Source: Pecten maximus (lineage: Eukaryota). From it: a stretch of DNA of 64,000 nucleotides. Positions 1-12,800 of the stretch are shown piece after piece (the first letter of the stretch is position 1; each line of letters begins with the position of its first letter). The stretch covers positions 16,120,001 through 16,184,000 of the forward strand of contig NC_047025.1 of the NCBI RefSeq assembly GCF_902652985.1, in the 5' to 3' direction. Below the pieces are notes generated by a model, which worked only from the letters and a program-made list of their open reading frames with translations, was not told where the DNA came from and did not search any database. Both the position numbers and the translations under genes were made by a program.

Positions 1-1023
1 CAAAATATGAAATAACATGTCCATGATTATTCCAGAATTTGCCATAATGAGAAGGATGTTATCATATCTGAGAACCATGTATTATATATGTTATAATGGA
101 ATGCTGGACTACACACCAAAAAATATTTTATTTAAAATGCATTCAAGGTATCTATGCGGTTGGAGTGCCAAATTGCCCTCCTTGTACTGTATACAGACTG
201 AATTAAAGCAGTTGGCATTTTATGTTGTGAAGATAGCATGTACTTGGTAGAAAGAGGCCATGTTCTAGATGTGTAGATTTAATCTATATTGACTCATATA
301 GTATGGTAATAGCATACAGATAAATACTAGTCCTTTGTTAGAGTGCTCTCCCCTTGTAGTTTAGCATGGAATGTGTTTTTTCTTTATTTGCAATAGTTAG
401 GCATAATGAAGAATTACTTGAGAATATTTTGACATGTGATGACTTTTGTTGATGATAGATATATGATATATCACACACCTATTTGTTAGTGTATTGCTGA
501 TCATCAGATCAACATATATCCTTATATATAAATATTTCTTATTGTGTTTACTGATTGTATGCAATATAGTTACCAAGTAGTCTCCCCTTATTGAATGAGT
601 TAGAAGTATCATGATATATCTTTTGTATAATGGTAGACAAAAAGGAGATATATATATAGATATAATGCCACCATTACAGTTTATGAAACCCTCCAGCTGG
701 AATGTAGCTAACAAAGTCTTTGAATGACAAAATCATTATATCGCATCTCACAAGAAGGAAACAAACCACAAATCTAGCCCTGAAGTTACCTGTTGGATTC
801 TGCTTGTGCACACAGTATTATGGAGGGTTTCTGTGACTGTATGGTTTGTTAAAACATGTAAGATATGAACACTAGAATAGGCTGCTGTCACGTTTTGTCT
901 TGTGAGCCTTGTATCATGTGTACTGTTGCCTTGGTTACCTGTCGCCCTTTGTATGGCAGTTATATGATATATAAAGACATATGACCTTGAGATGTATTAC
1001 TAACCTTTAACATCATATTTCAG

Positions 1024-1097
1024 TGAGACGGACACTAAAAAGTGGGCTCACAGCAGAGGAATGGGAAACAGTGGCTGCATATTCTGATGCTGTTTAG
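1024..1097 (+). CDS. Possible terminal coding exon of an unidentified upstream plus-strand gene
   Basis: Acceptor catatttcag| at 1023 is followed by a GC-richer segment. It reads (V)RRTLKSGLTAEEWETVAAYSDAV* (TAG 1095-1097) or ETDTKKWAHSRGMGNSGCIF*. A long AT-rich, UTR-like tract follows, with AATAAA near 2355 and 2471. Product not recognised. Confidence 0.35.
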
Positions 1098-3727
1098 AAG
1101 TTCTACATCTATGGAGCTGCAGAGAAAGAAACAGTGGATCGTGGATCAGATCTGGTAGTAATTACGCTTTAAACCATTGCTGGAAATGTGGTCCTTGTAT
1201 CAGAAATATGTCCTACTATTACAATCTTAACCATGGATACAAAATGCTTGCTATTCAATAATGTCGTCGTGTCATCTCCTGGAGTATATACTGCCAACCA
1301 GCCATCAGACAAAGAGAAGTGGATCTAGCTTGAGATTATCTGTCTGCACGGTCTCGTGTACATACATACCGCAATGTGTATTTGTCATGCAAACAATTTA
1401 AATGTGATTAATTCAGTATTCATTCATCTATGTGCTCTAAAGTCTTTCAACCAACCAACATCTCATTTTCCATTACGACTCCCTCCATCCACATCGTCGT
1501 CCATTGACTGGAGTCTGGAGATTCATCGTTTATCATCTTGTACTGTAATTTAGTGTTATGAGATTAATTGTTAATATACCGGGGCAGGTTACCCTGTAGT
1601 GATGTGTAATATTTTTAGTTGATGAATATTTATTATTTTGTCTTTTATAAAATACACCAGCTTGCCTTTTTCAGTGTGTATTTTGAGCTATCTGTCTCAT
1701 TATTTAATCCATAGTTTTGAGGAACAGAAACCAAAGCGGTACTCCTTTTATCTTTCTTTCTGCATCAACACTTGGAATTATTTTTAGCACAATTTTATGG
1801 TGTTTTAGATTACTAGGAGATAAAATTCTGATGCATAGAAGCAAAATAGAATAAGTTACAGAAAGCATTCTCATACAAATATACCATTTGCAGAAATTAT
1901 TTAACTTCAGGGAAATGTTCGATACTGTACTTTAAAAAGTGTGTATAAGTATATACTAATATATATATATCAATATATTATGTACATATTTGTGTATCTA
2001 ACAAATCCATCAATGTTTTATGAATCATTATCCATGTGTACACTGCGTTATTATGCTGCCTTCTAGTCAACCATTAAACTGTCATACGCCGAGTCTTGTT
2101 CATGTAACAGGTGTTCTAAGGTCTAAGATATGTGTGTAGTGTGTATCTATAGGGACTACACTGTTCTGTAAGTCATCATGTTAGTGAAACCAAACATTTG
2201 CAAATACATGTATACAATAACAGCTGCTATAGGGACGGGACACAAGCTGTGTAAAAACATGTGATACTGTTTTGTACAGAAATGAAATACTGATGAAATT
2301 TCCATTTTAAATTGTAAGAAATGAATATATTTATGATACTGTTATGATATAAAAAATAAATTTTATTCATTCTAACTGTTAAGAAAAATTATCGCATAGA
2401 AATTTGTAAAAAAAAAAAGGTAAGATATTCCATCAAAAGAATGAATTGATGTTACCAAACTTGTTTTCATAAATAAACTTAGACAAAAGTGAAGAACACA
2501 TACAAAAATAATGTTTTCTTATGAATGCGTCCCACAGTACTGAAACAGTTAACCACATTATTGTATGACATTGTTGAACCTTTTCATTTATTATCAAAAA
2601 CCTTTGATACTGTGCAGTGATTATTGAAACAAGTGTTGATTGAAATGTTGAAAAATATTATTGAATCATTAGGTTGGAAATATAAGATATTTCACAACAA
2701 TCTTTTTAACTGGCGTTGACGATTGATGCAGATTAAGGGTGATTATATATATTCATTGTGTGTATCAACCAACATAATATTACTGTACTGGTGTGTCAAA
2801 AATTCAAATCCATCTGTATCAATATGAAACCTAATATGTGTAGGTAATATTTGTCACAAGTAAAAATATTTATCAAGTCTACTTAAAGTATTCAGCATTA
2901 GGTGTTTTTCTCTACTATAACCTGTACTGCCATTGGTTGTTGCTATGACAATCAGTTTTCTGATAGGTGGCTTCCGGAACGAAATCCTGGGAAGGGTAAT
3001 TGATGTGGTAATCATTGTTTATTTTTTTAACAGGCTCATTTATGAACATACACCAATGTTAAAAGGACAACTTCTTGTTAGATTTATTTCTTGTTATGTT
3101 ATAAGAGAAAGTGCTTTAGATGATTATACTTTTGTGTATATTGAATAGCTATATAACACCATGTGGTGAATGTTTCCCAGAACAATGAACCTTTATATCT
3201 GTGATTTTTCTAGTTTTACAAACTGTACAGTCCCTTGCCTGTAGATAAATTGTCGTACAGTTGTTGTCAGTCTGTCGTAATATAACTGGAATCTCAGCTG
3301 ATTGAACATCTCTGTTGTAAGACTTTGGACAATGGTCCATTAATCGGTCAATATGCCTAAATGTTTGTTGTAAATTCAAGTACTGTATATTTCCTGCCCA
3401 ATTAATTTATTACAAGTTTTATCCTATCAACTGTTATAATGTTTTCTGATCAATCAGTTTTTTGCTACCGTGATCAAATATTTTATTATATTTTAAAGAG
3501 TGGAGTTGTGTTCATTAGTTGAGGTAATTGTTTTCTGAGAATTTGTTTTAGGCTTTAAATTGATATTTTCTATGAAAAAATGGTTTTATTAACATTGTTT
3601 AATGATTCCCAGGCCAAAATATAACCCATCTTTGATGATTCTGGCATCAGTTGTATTTAAGTATCTAAAGTAGGTTATCCCCCCTGTATCAGTATTACAA
3701 TGATGTACCACCAGGGGTATGAATTGA

Positions 3728-3742
3728 CTGCCCCCTAGTGGC
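3728..3742 (-). promoter_or_regulatory. CTCF-like core motif
   Basis: The minus strand reads GCCACTAGGGGGCAG, matching the CTCF consensus CCACYAGRKGGCR. Confidence 0.45.
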
Positions 3743-3980
3743 TATCAATAGCAGTATTTTCTAAGTTCACAGATGCCTTTAGCTATTGCCAGGTTACTTT
3801 ATATAGACTGCAAAGCAGCTTCTGTCGAGGTTAATGTGGGGATGGCAGCAATTTGTCTCCTGTTTGACCTTTAACCTCTCTACTGTTCCTTAACATCTGT
3901 GTTGTGGTCCTCACAAACTAGTCACTTTTAATTGTTATCCATTGTGTATGTTCCATGCCGACACAGCGGCCATGGCTGTC

Positions 3981-5179
3981 AATACATGCCATATTTTTGG
4001 GAGACCAATAAGGGAGATTGATGATTATTTTAAGGGAATTTTGCCTAAAATAAGGGAGATTTGTGCGCGACATAAATATCGACATTTTTACTCAATTTTT
4101 TAGCAATTAACTAATTTTGAAAGTGATAAAGAATATTTGTATTTATTTTAGATATTAATCATATTGTATATGCAAACAACAGAAAGTTGTATAAGGTAAA
4201 AAATGCAATAAGTATACATTCAGATTCTGATGATATGAATTTTTTTCCCGATTTTTTTTATACAACACAAAAAGTTTCACAGCTTTATGAATATTGCATA
4301 ACAGCATTTGAAAAGGGTATATTATAATTACATGTAGCTAAAGATTAAGACAAGCAAGTTATTCATTTATCAGTTTGGATTTTCTTAAAATTAGAAAGCT
4401 TGATCCACTCTGAGGGAACACATCAGTTGTAAAAATCAGTTATCAAATCACCATGAAATATCCTGTGGGGATACCTTATGTTGGACCATTTAGATATAAA
4501 AATATTCCAAGTGTGCAAGTGTATACATGAAATTATGAGAACGGAAGATGTTAATGTTAGCAGACTGCAGTAAATCTTATCACGATCATTCTAGATTTTG
4601 TATATTGTCTCTGTCATGGACGGTACAGTCATTGTAAACATCATGATTGACCACTACGACCACCAGATGTGCAAATTTTGATAGTTTTCTAAAAGAAATT
4701 ATCGGATTTCATCTTGCTATCACTGATCAACGATACACATGGTAAATGAAAAACACGTGTGATTTTGCGTCTGACCAGACTCTGTATCAATTACCATCAT
4801 CAAAGTATGGTCCTAAAAGAAAACAAACCATAATTCAAGTCTGTTAGCTAAGGGGGTTAAATTGTTTGTAAGCGACTTGCCTTTATTTCATGGTGATAGA
4901 TATTCTAGCGCAAACATTACACTAGCCAGAGCTTCGTGTGAAAGCCGTGTCCAACAGGCGCCATTTTGATTGAGTGATCACGTGAACAGATGGATCACGT
5001 GATCGCTAAATTTAGCCAAATCTCGCGAGAAAAACACTGAATTGTAAACAAAAATGGCGTCGGCAAAAATACCGGAGGGAATTACAAAATACGGGAATTT
5101 TGGCTCTCCTGCCGGGAGGAAATAAATGACTTGAAAATAAGGGAGATTTTGTCTCACGCCGGGAGGTATGGCATGTATG
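3981..5179. mobile_element. Non-autonomous DNA transposon (~1.2 kb) with short TIRs and a 4-bp TSD
   Basis: Termini aATACATGCCATA (3981) and TATGGCATGTATg (to 5179); TGTC flanks both sides; subterminal TAAGGGAGATT repeats near both ends; no ORF. Confidence 0.65.
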
Positions 5180-6132
5180 TGTCATGGTCACATGATTGTG
5201 TAAATTTTGCCATTCATTAAACCGGATTGTCTCTCACAAAGTGTGAACAAATGTCTATTCCACTAAAATTATGTTTTATATAACTATTGCAAATTCCTGC
5301 CATATTTTGTGTACTGATTTTTCTTTGAACAGAAACTTAGAGACATTAAAGGATTTGTATAAAAGTATAAAATTGTCCTTAATATTATTTGTCCATTGTT
5401 GTTACTAACTTTATCAACACCAGAGTACATCACATCATTATATTTAATACCCTGTGCCCTAGATGTTCATTTTCAACCAGACTGCATCTGAAATATCTAT
5501 GGTGACGAGATTCAGTAACATAACCCAAACTGAGAAAATCCTAACAGGTGTGCAAGTTGTTGTAAGATGTCACAAATTTAAGGTTTAACACCAGGATAAC
5601 CTCATCTCACTTAATTACATGTAGAAGTGGTTTAATCTTCTGCTCTCGTCTCCAAATTAATGACATATTTTGAGAACCCCATGGCAGTTTTGGTTCATAT
5701 TTACACTATAGACTTCTACACTTGATCATATTCCGATGGTCACTGGTCAACAGTCACTGGTCAACAGTCCCTTGTGTGACCCCTTCTGCATACGACATGG
5801 TATCCTGTCCAATTTTGAATCGGTGTTATGTCTTGAGGATCTCTCAACAGATCTGATTTATATTTAAACCATTGTTTCGTTAGATAAAAGTTATACATTT
5901 ACAATAGTGAAGGAAGAAGCATCACAATTCACCCCTCTGTAACAAAAGTTTGTGTACTAGATACTTCATGAGACACTCCACAGATTTGGTCCATATCAAC
6001 ACCATACTAGCACAACATCCAAGTTCTACACCCGATCAGATTCTGGTGGTCATCAGTCAGGGTTAAAGGGTCAGAGGTCACATTTGACAACTTCTGCGTT
6101 TTAAATGTTTTGTGAACAAGGGTTTCATGAAA

Positions 6133-6746
6133 TTTTAGCTCACCAGTTACAAGTAACCAAGAGCTAATGCTGTCCGCGTCCGCGTCCCACCCCAGAACTT
6201 TAAAGTTTTTGGGATCAGTTTTTGGAAAGTCCAAAAGTATACACCTCACACCCTTCTAATTTAGTTTATACATTCATTAGAGGTCTAGAAGTAATGTTAT
6301 GGCAAAATCATGCAAAAACAATTTGAGATTTTTTTGCATTTTACCATTTTGTTAACTTAATTTTTTTTATCACCAAAATCCACTTTAAAGTTTTTGGGGT
6401 AAGTCCAAAATTATGCTCTTACACCCTTCTAATTTGGTTTATGCATTCATTAGATGTCCAGGAGTGATGTTATATCAAAATCATGCAATTTTTTTTTTTT
6501 TGCATTTTATCATTTAGTGGACTTATTTTTTTGGCACAAAAACCCTCTTTAAAGATTTTTGGGGTAAGTTTTGGAAAGCTTGTAAGTCCACACCCTTCTT
6601 ATTTGGTTTATACATCCATTAGAGGTATAGGAGCGATATTATGCGACTTGCAATTTCAAAATGACATGCTTATACATACATAAAAAATTAATGCATAGTG
6701 TGATTGCTGCCGCCGAAGAGCTTTAGCAATCATTGATTGCACTTGT
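6133..6746 (+). mobile_element. HINE/Helentron-type MITE (pearl-like)
   Basis: 5' TTTTAGCTC...GAGCT short inverted repeat, a (GTCCGC) microsatellite, three ~170-bp internal units, and a 3' hairpin GCAATCattGATTGC followed by ACTTGT. Confidence 0.7.
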
Positions 6747-6825
6747 ATAATCTGCCAACAGATAAATTCTTATCAGTAATTTGCTTTTGAAAGTTGAACA
6801 CTTACAAAATGTTAGATATAAAGAG

Positions 6826-9800
6826 CTATTTATTGTCCAGTAAAAACGATGTAAGCCCAGAAGGTTTATGGACCCAGGATTTAAACAAATCTAGTTTCTT
6901 TACACATTCCCATGCTGCCTGGTACTCTGTTGCCATGGTTTTGTGCTCGGCATATGTCACATCAGCTGGCTGTTTGGTTGACCTGGAACAGACACATCAT
7001 AACGTACTCATCTGGAGATCTGTCTTTTGTTTGCAAAGGCCATATTCAATAACATACCATTACAAATTGTTTTAGGTGGATATCTCGCCATCTCACGAAT
7101 GGTGGGCTTGTATCAAACGTAAAGATGTCTTAAGAAGAAAATTCAAGCAATGAAAGAATCTATAATAAATAGCTCACCTCAGGTTGAGAGGAAGTTTCCC
7201 CTTGGGGATAACCTCCAGTACATGTATATATCGACGGAACAACTCCATACTGCAAACTTTACTTCTGAAAAAGAAACAAACTTTGTTGCAAAGAAAAAAA
7301 AGACATTGCAGTTGATATTAAACCTCTCATGAAGAAGTTACTGGTCATAAAAAAATGTGTATATATCAACAACACCAAACTCAAAAAGAAATCACTAATT
7401 TCTATTTCAATAATTCTAATTTCAAAATTCTATTTATAAGAATGGTAATCTCATTTGTTTATACACAAACTCATAAAGAGGTGATGTCTATGAACAAGTT
7501 TAGGAATTACAGTACCTGGATACACAACAATTCAAGGGAAAAATGAGGTCAGCAGAGGAAGAATACCAAAATTCTATTTATACCGGTAGATACAGTGACC
7601 TCATTCCACCCAGTTGACTGATATCAGAACTCGTACAAGAGGCGATGCTTGTTTGAAATTACATGACAATCGCATGAAAAAAAAGTAATACATGTCTCCT
7701 ACCGGCCCTGCTGAAAATAGAGTGACCTTGACCCAAAATCCCTGACAATTGAACATTAATATATGGTCCTTTATCATTGTGTGAAGTTTGATCAAAATCT
7801 CCCAGGGAATGAAGCCACTAGGCTAAGAGTGCTGACAAACTTTGGCCTTACGTACTTACATACAAGACGGATGAAGTAAAAACCTATAGTTCACACGTGT
7901 CACCAGTAGGAAACTAATAAAGTAGGAAGAGGAAATATGAATTGGGGTAACATACAACCCCTATAATATATCTGCAACTAGGCGCAGGGAATAAAATAAC
8001 AAAGCAGCTTATTTCCTATAGAAAAAAGAAACCATTAGATTTAGAGCCTATTACACAAGGTTATCTTGTACATACAAACACCTATTTATTTACCAAATGT
8101 CATTTTAAAAGACTATGTAAACTTTAACTATGAATATTAATCACTTTTGTTGGCCTGGATGGAATCGTGTGAGGGTTCTTACTGTGGGAGGAAACCGGAG
8201 TACCCAGAGAAAACCCAAGTGGTTGGGCAGGTAACTCCAATACCTTTTTACATCTGAACAGGGGAATCAAATCCCGGTCGCATAAGTGAAAGGCAAGTGT
8301 GTTACCACTGTGCCACCTAACCGGCCCTGTGACTACAGCTTACCTAGCTTTAGGCATATGGATCATCTTTTTAGTAGCACCATGCTGTCTGCCATTGACC
8401 AACACCTGATGAAAATCATCCCCCAGTCCACGGTGCCAGGTAATAGCTGAAAGATGAAACAGTACTTACCAGTATGGTTAACTTGGCAGATGATCCTCAA
8501 TGGATAGAAATATAAATACCAGTACATGTACTCCTATACCATACTTGTACTTTAACAACAGGACTAGTGATAGAATCATTAGTCAATAAACTGAATCCTC
8601 AACAAATTTTATTTAGTCTTCATCATATTTATAAACCACTGTATCAACCAACCTGTTCCACAAACCAATCATTCAGATACAAGAGATCCCAGAGGGATCT
8701 TGGCGCCCACCATTGAATGATCTTTATAGGTTCCATGTCAGATTGATCTTTTCCCTACTTTTCCCTTCCTCTAAGTCTTACTTATCTGTGTAAATTCAGA
8801 AACAGCCCTCTAGTACTATTCAAACAAGGGGAACCTATATATAGAATTTAAGATTTAGCTATAATGGCTGTCTGTCGGCCATGTTGTTTTCGTATTGGTC
8901 CCAGTATGCAAAACTAGGCACTGAGGGGAACCTACATATGAAATTTGAAAAAGATCCCTTCAGTACTTTCACAGAAATAGCGATAACAAACTTCAATTGT
9001 CAAAATCCAAGATGGCTGCCTGTCAGCCATGTTGTTTTCTGATTAGTCTCAAAATGCAATATGCACAACTAGGCACTGAGGGGAACCTGCATATGTAATT
9101 TCAGAAAGATCCCTTCATTACTTTCTGAGAAATAGCGATAACAAATTTTAATTGTCAAAATCCAAGATGGCTGCCTGTCAGCAATTTTGTTTTCTGATTG
9201 GTCTCAAAATGCAATATGCATAAGTAGGCACCAAGGGGAACCTCCATATGAAATTTGAGAAAGATCCCTTCAGTTCTTTCACAGAAAAAGCGATAACAAA
9301 TTTCAATTGTCAAAATCCAAGATGGCTGCCTGTTGGCCATGTTGTTTTCCGATTGGTCTCAAAATGCAATATGCATAACTAGGCACTGAGGGGAACGTGC
9401 ATATGAAATTTGAAAAAGATCCCTTCATTACTTTCACAGAAATAGCGATAACAAACTTTAATTGTCAGAATCCAAGATGGCTGCCTGTCGGCCATGTTGT
9501 TTTCTAATTAGTCTCAAAATGCAATATGCATAACCAGGAACAAAGAGGAACCTGCATATGAAATTTGAGAAAGATCCCTTCAGTACTTTCACAGAAATAG
9601 CGATAACAAACTTCAATTGTCAAAATCCAAGATGGCTGCCTGTCGGCCATGTTGTTTTCCGATTGGTCCCAAAATGCAATATGCATAACTAGGCACCAAA
9701 GGGAACCTATATATGAAATTTGAGAAAGATCCCTTCAGTACTTCCTCAGAAATAGCGATAACAAACTCAAATTGTCAAAATCCAAGATGGCTGCCTGTCG

Positions 9801-12800
9801 GCCATGTTGTTTTCCGATTGGTCCCTAAATGCAATATGCATAACTAGGCACCAAAGGGAACCTACTTATGAAATTTGAGAAAGATCCCTTCAGTACTTCC
9901 TCAGAAATAGCGATAACAAACTCCAAATGTCAAAATCCAAGATGGCTGCCTGTCGGCCATGTTGTTTTCTGATCGGTCCCAAAATGCAATATGCATAACA
10001 AGGCACCAAGGGGAACCTACATATGAAATTTGAGAAAGATCTCTTCAATACTTTCTCAGAAATAGAGATAACAAACTTCAATTGTCAAAATCCAAGATGG
10101 CTGCCTGTCGGCCATGTTATTTTCCGATCGGTCCCAAAATGCAATATGCACAACTAGGCACCAAGGGGAACCTACATATGAAATTTGAGAAAGATCCCAT
10201 CAGTACTTTCTCAGAAATAGCGATAACAAGCATTGTTTACGGACGGAGGGACGGACGGACGGACGGAGGGACGGACGGACGGACGACGGACCACGGACGC
10301 AGGGCGATTTGAATAGCCCACCATCTGATGATGGTGGGCTAAAAAAGCTGCATTAAAAAAGATTGAATAGTTATTAATCAAACATTTTAATAGATATTTT
10401 TTTTTACATATTTTCATTGTTTATAAGCTGATGAAAATAGTGGATAACATGAGAGTTTTGAAATCCAAACTCCGTGCCCTTAACTATTCAGATTAACTTT
10501 TCAATGACCTTTCAAATACCACACATGTTGTGAAGGTCTATGACCTTGACCAAGGTTACACTTACACATTGGACATGGTGCCAAGGAAACCTGATGATTT
10601 TCTTCCAATGAGGTACGTGAGTCTGGGAAAATATGAGAGGACTGAAGAAGTTGGGGGTTTCCATGACGATATCCATAAGGAAGCTGGTCCACGCCTCTAC
10701 TTCTCTGTATCACAGCTCTGTTCAAGGCATTTTGACTGTAGGGACAACTACAAATCAAGATCAGATTCTACTGTACTGTCTAATTAATTCTTGACATGTA
10801 CTGAATAAAAACTTCAATAAAAAATATGTAAAATAAGATTTTCCCATGAAATATATTACCACTCAACTACCACTTATGAAACTTTAATAAACTTTTTAAA
10901 CAATATTAATTGAACATGAAAAAGTTTGGAAAAAACCAACCTTCCTATAACAATCGTGTCAAAGTAGACTGGATGTGACAGGAAGTTGGAAAGTAACGCC
11001 CCCTGACATCCGACGACATTCCAGCGAGCCAGTTTATCACTACAAGACATTGAGAGAGTTCTGTCTCCTCGGCCAGGCTTAGTCCTCAACACTCCCACTG
11101 TGTGGTAATCATGTCCTGTCCCAAAGTTGTCCTGGTCACCACCAGGGACACACTTAGCCCCAGTTCTATAAATATCTCCATCAGACTCTACATTCAGCTC
11201 GGGTTGTGACCTCACACAATCAGTTTGTGCAATATATTCCTTATTTTCAGTTTGTAAGATCAAAACAATTAGAATCTTTTCGTACGATTACACGTACTTG
11301 AGCCTGAAAAGTCTTCTGTGAACTTTCTGTCCTGATCACCTTGACCTTGAACTCTGTCATCAATAACTGACCGTGACTTCTTTGGTTGTATTTCATCTTC
11401 ACTGCAGCATAATAATTTATGTTTTGCTACTAAACTCTGACTTATTGAACCTGAGGCTGACACATCAGACTTCTGAGACTTAATTTTAGATACATTTTTT
11501 AGGAGAACTTCATCTCTTGTTTGTAGATGACCTTCATCCTGGTCAGTCAGCTGACATTGAAGTTTGTTGTTGTTTTCAACCTTAAAACCAGAGTTGTCCA
11601 TAGTACCACTGGCTTTAGGAAATATAGAGGCATCACCACCTACAAACAACAGATCTCCTTTGTGTGTAGAAAATATCAAAAGTAGACTACATACAATTCA
11701 ATAAAACCTTATCATAGATGCGATTCTTTTTTATTTTGATTCAATATAAGAACATTTTCTATCATATTAATTCTTTTCATCTTTAATGAAATCAGTCATC
11801 ATATAAAAGGTAGGAAATTTAATGACAAGCCACATACATGACACAAATCAAAGATACCTGGGTAGTTGTGAGTATAGTGGGTTTAATCATGAATACTAAA
11901 TTCATACTTTCATACTTACATGGTGTGTGACTAGAGAAGAAGTGGAACTTGACCCCATCCTTGACCTTGACCCTGTAGTTATCTGTGACCTCTAACACTG
12001 CACTGTCCTGGTTGGTGTAAACAAGGGTGAGCTGGTCATACAAGTAGCTTTAAAACAATGGAAATGTTCAGTGTTAATACATACAAATAAAAACAAAATG
12101 ACAAATACACAAATGTATACTGCATTTTTGTTGGTATAGGGCTGTTTTTTTCTTCTAAAATTATCAGTTCTAACTAGCAATGGTTGTAAATTTGAAAACC
12201 CTTCAGGAATTTCTTTCTGGTAATGATTGTAAATCTAAACCCTTCATGAATTCCTTACCATCAATGATTGTAAGTCTGAAACCTTCAAGAATTTCTAACT
12301 AGCGGTAATTGTAAATTTGAAAACCTTTCAGGAATTTCCAACTACCAATATTGTAAATCTTAAATCTTCAGAAATTTCTTACTAGCGATAACTATTAATC
12401 TTAAACTTCAGAAATTCCTAGCAATACAATGTACATATGTAGTTATAAATCTAAAGGCATCAAGAATTTCCAACTACCGATATTGTAAATCTTAGATCTT
12501 CAGAAATTTCTTACTAGCGATAATTATTAATCTTAAACTTCAGAAGTTACTAGCAATACAATATAGTTATAAATCTAAATGCATCAGGAATTTCCAACTA
12601 GCGATATTGTAAATCTGGGATTCCAACTACACTGTACTATAAAAAAGAAAGATCTGATCAATTCTCACATGTAATCACTCTCACTTTTTACGATTTACAA
12701 CCCATTTGGTTGGTTGGTTTATCTCAAGGCCGTACAAAGTAAACATAAATATGTCTGCATTGTCTTACCGAATAAAAGCTCTTCTGGCCAATACTTCTGC

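Noticed and set aside
11269-11290. Programmed -1 ribosomal frameshift in ADAT1
   Set aside because: No X XXY YYZ slippery heptamer and no evident stimulatory structure.
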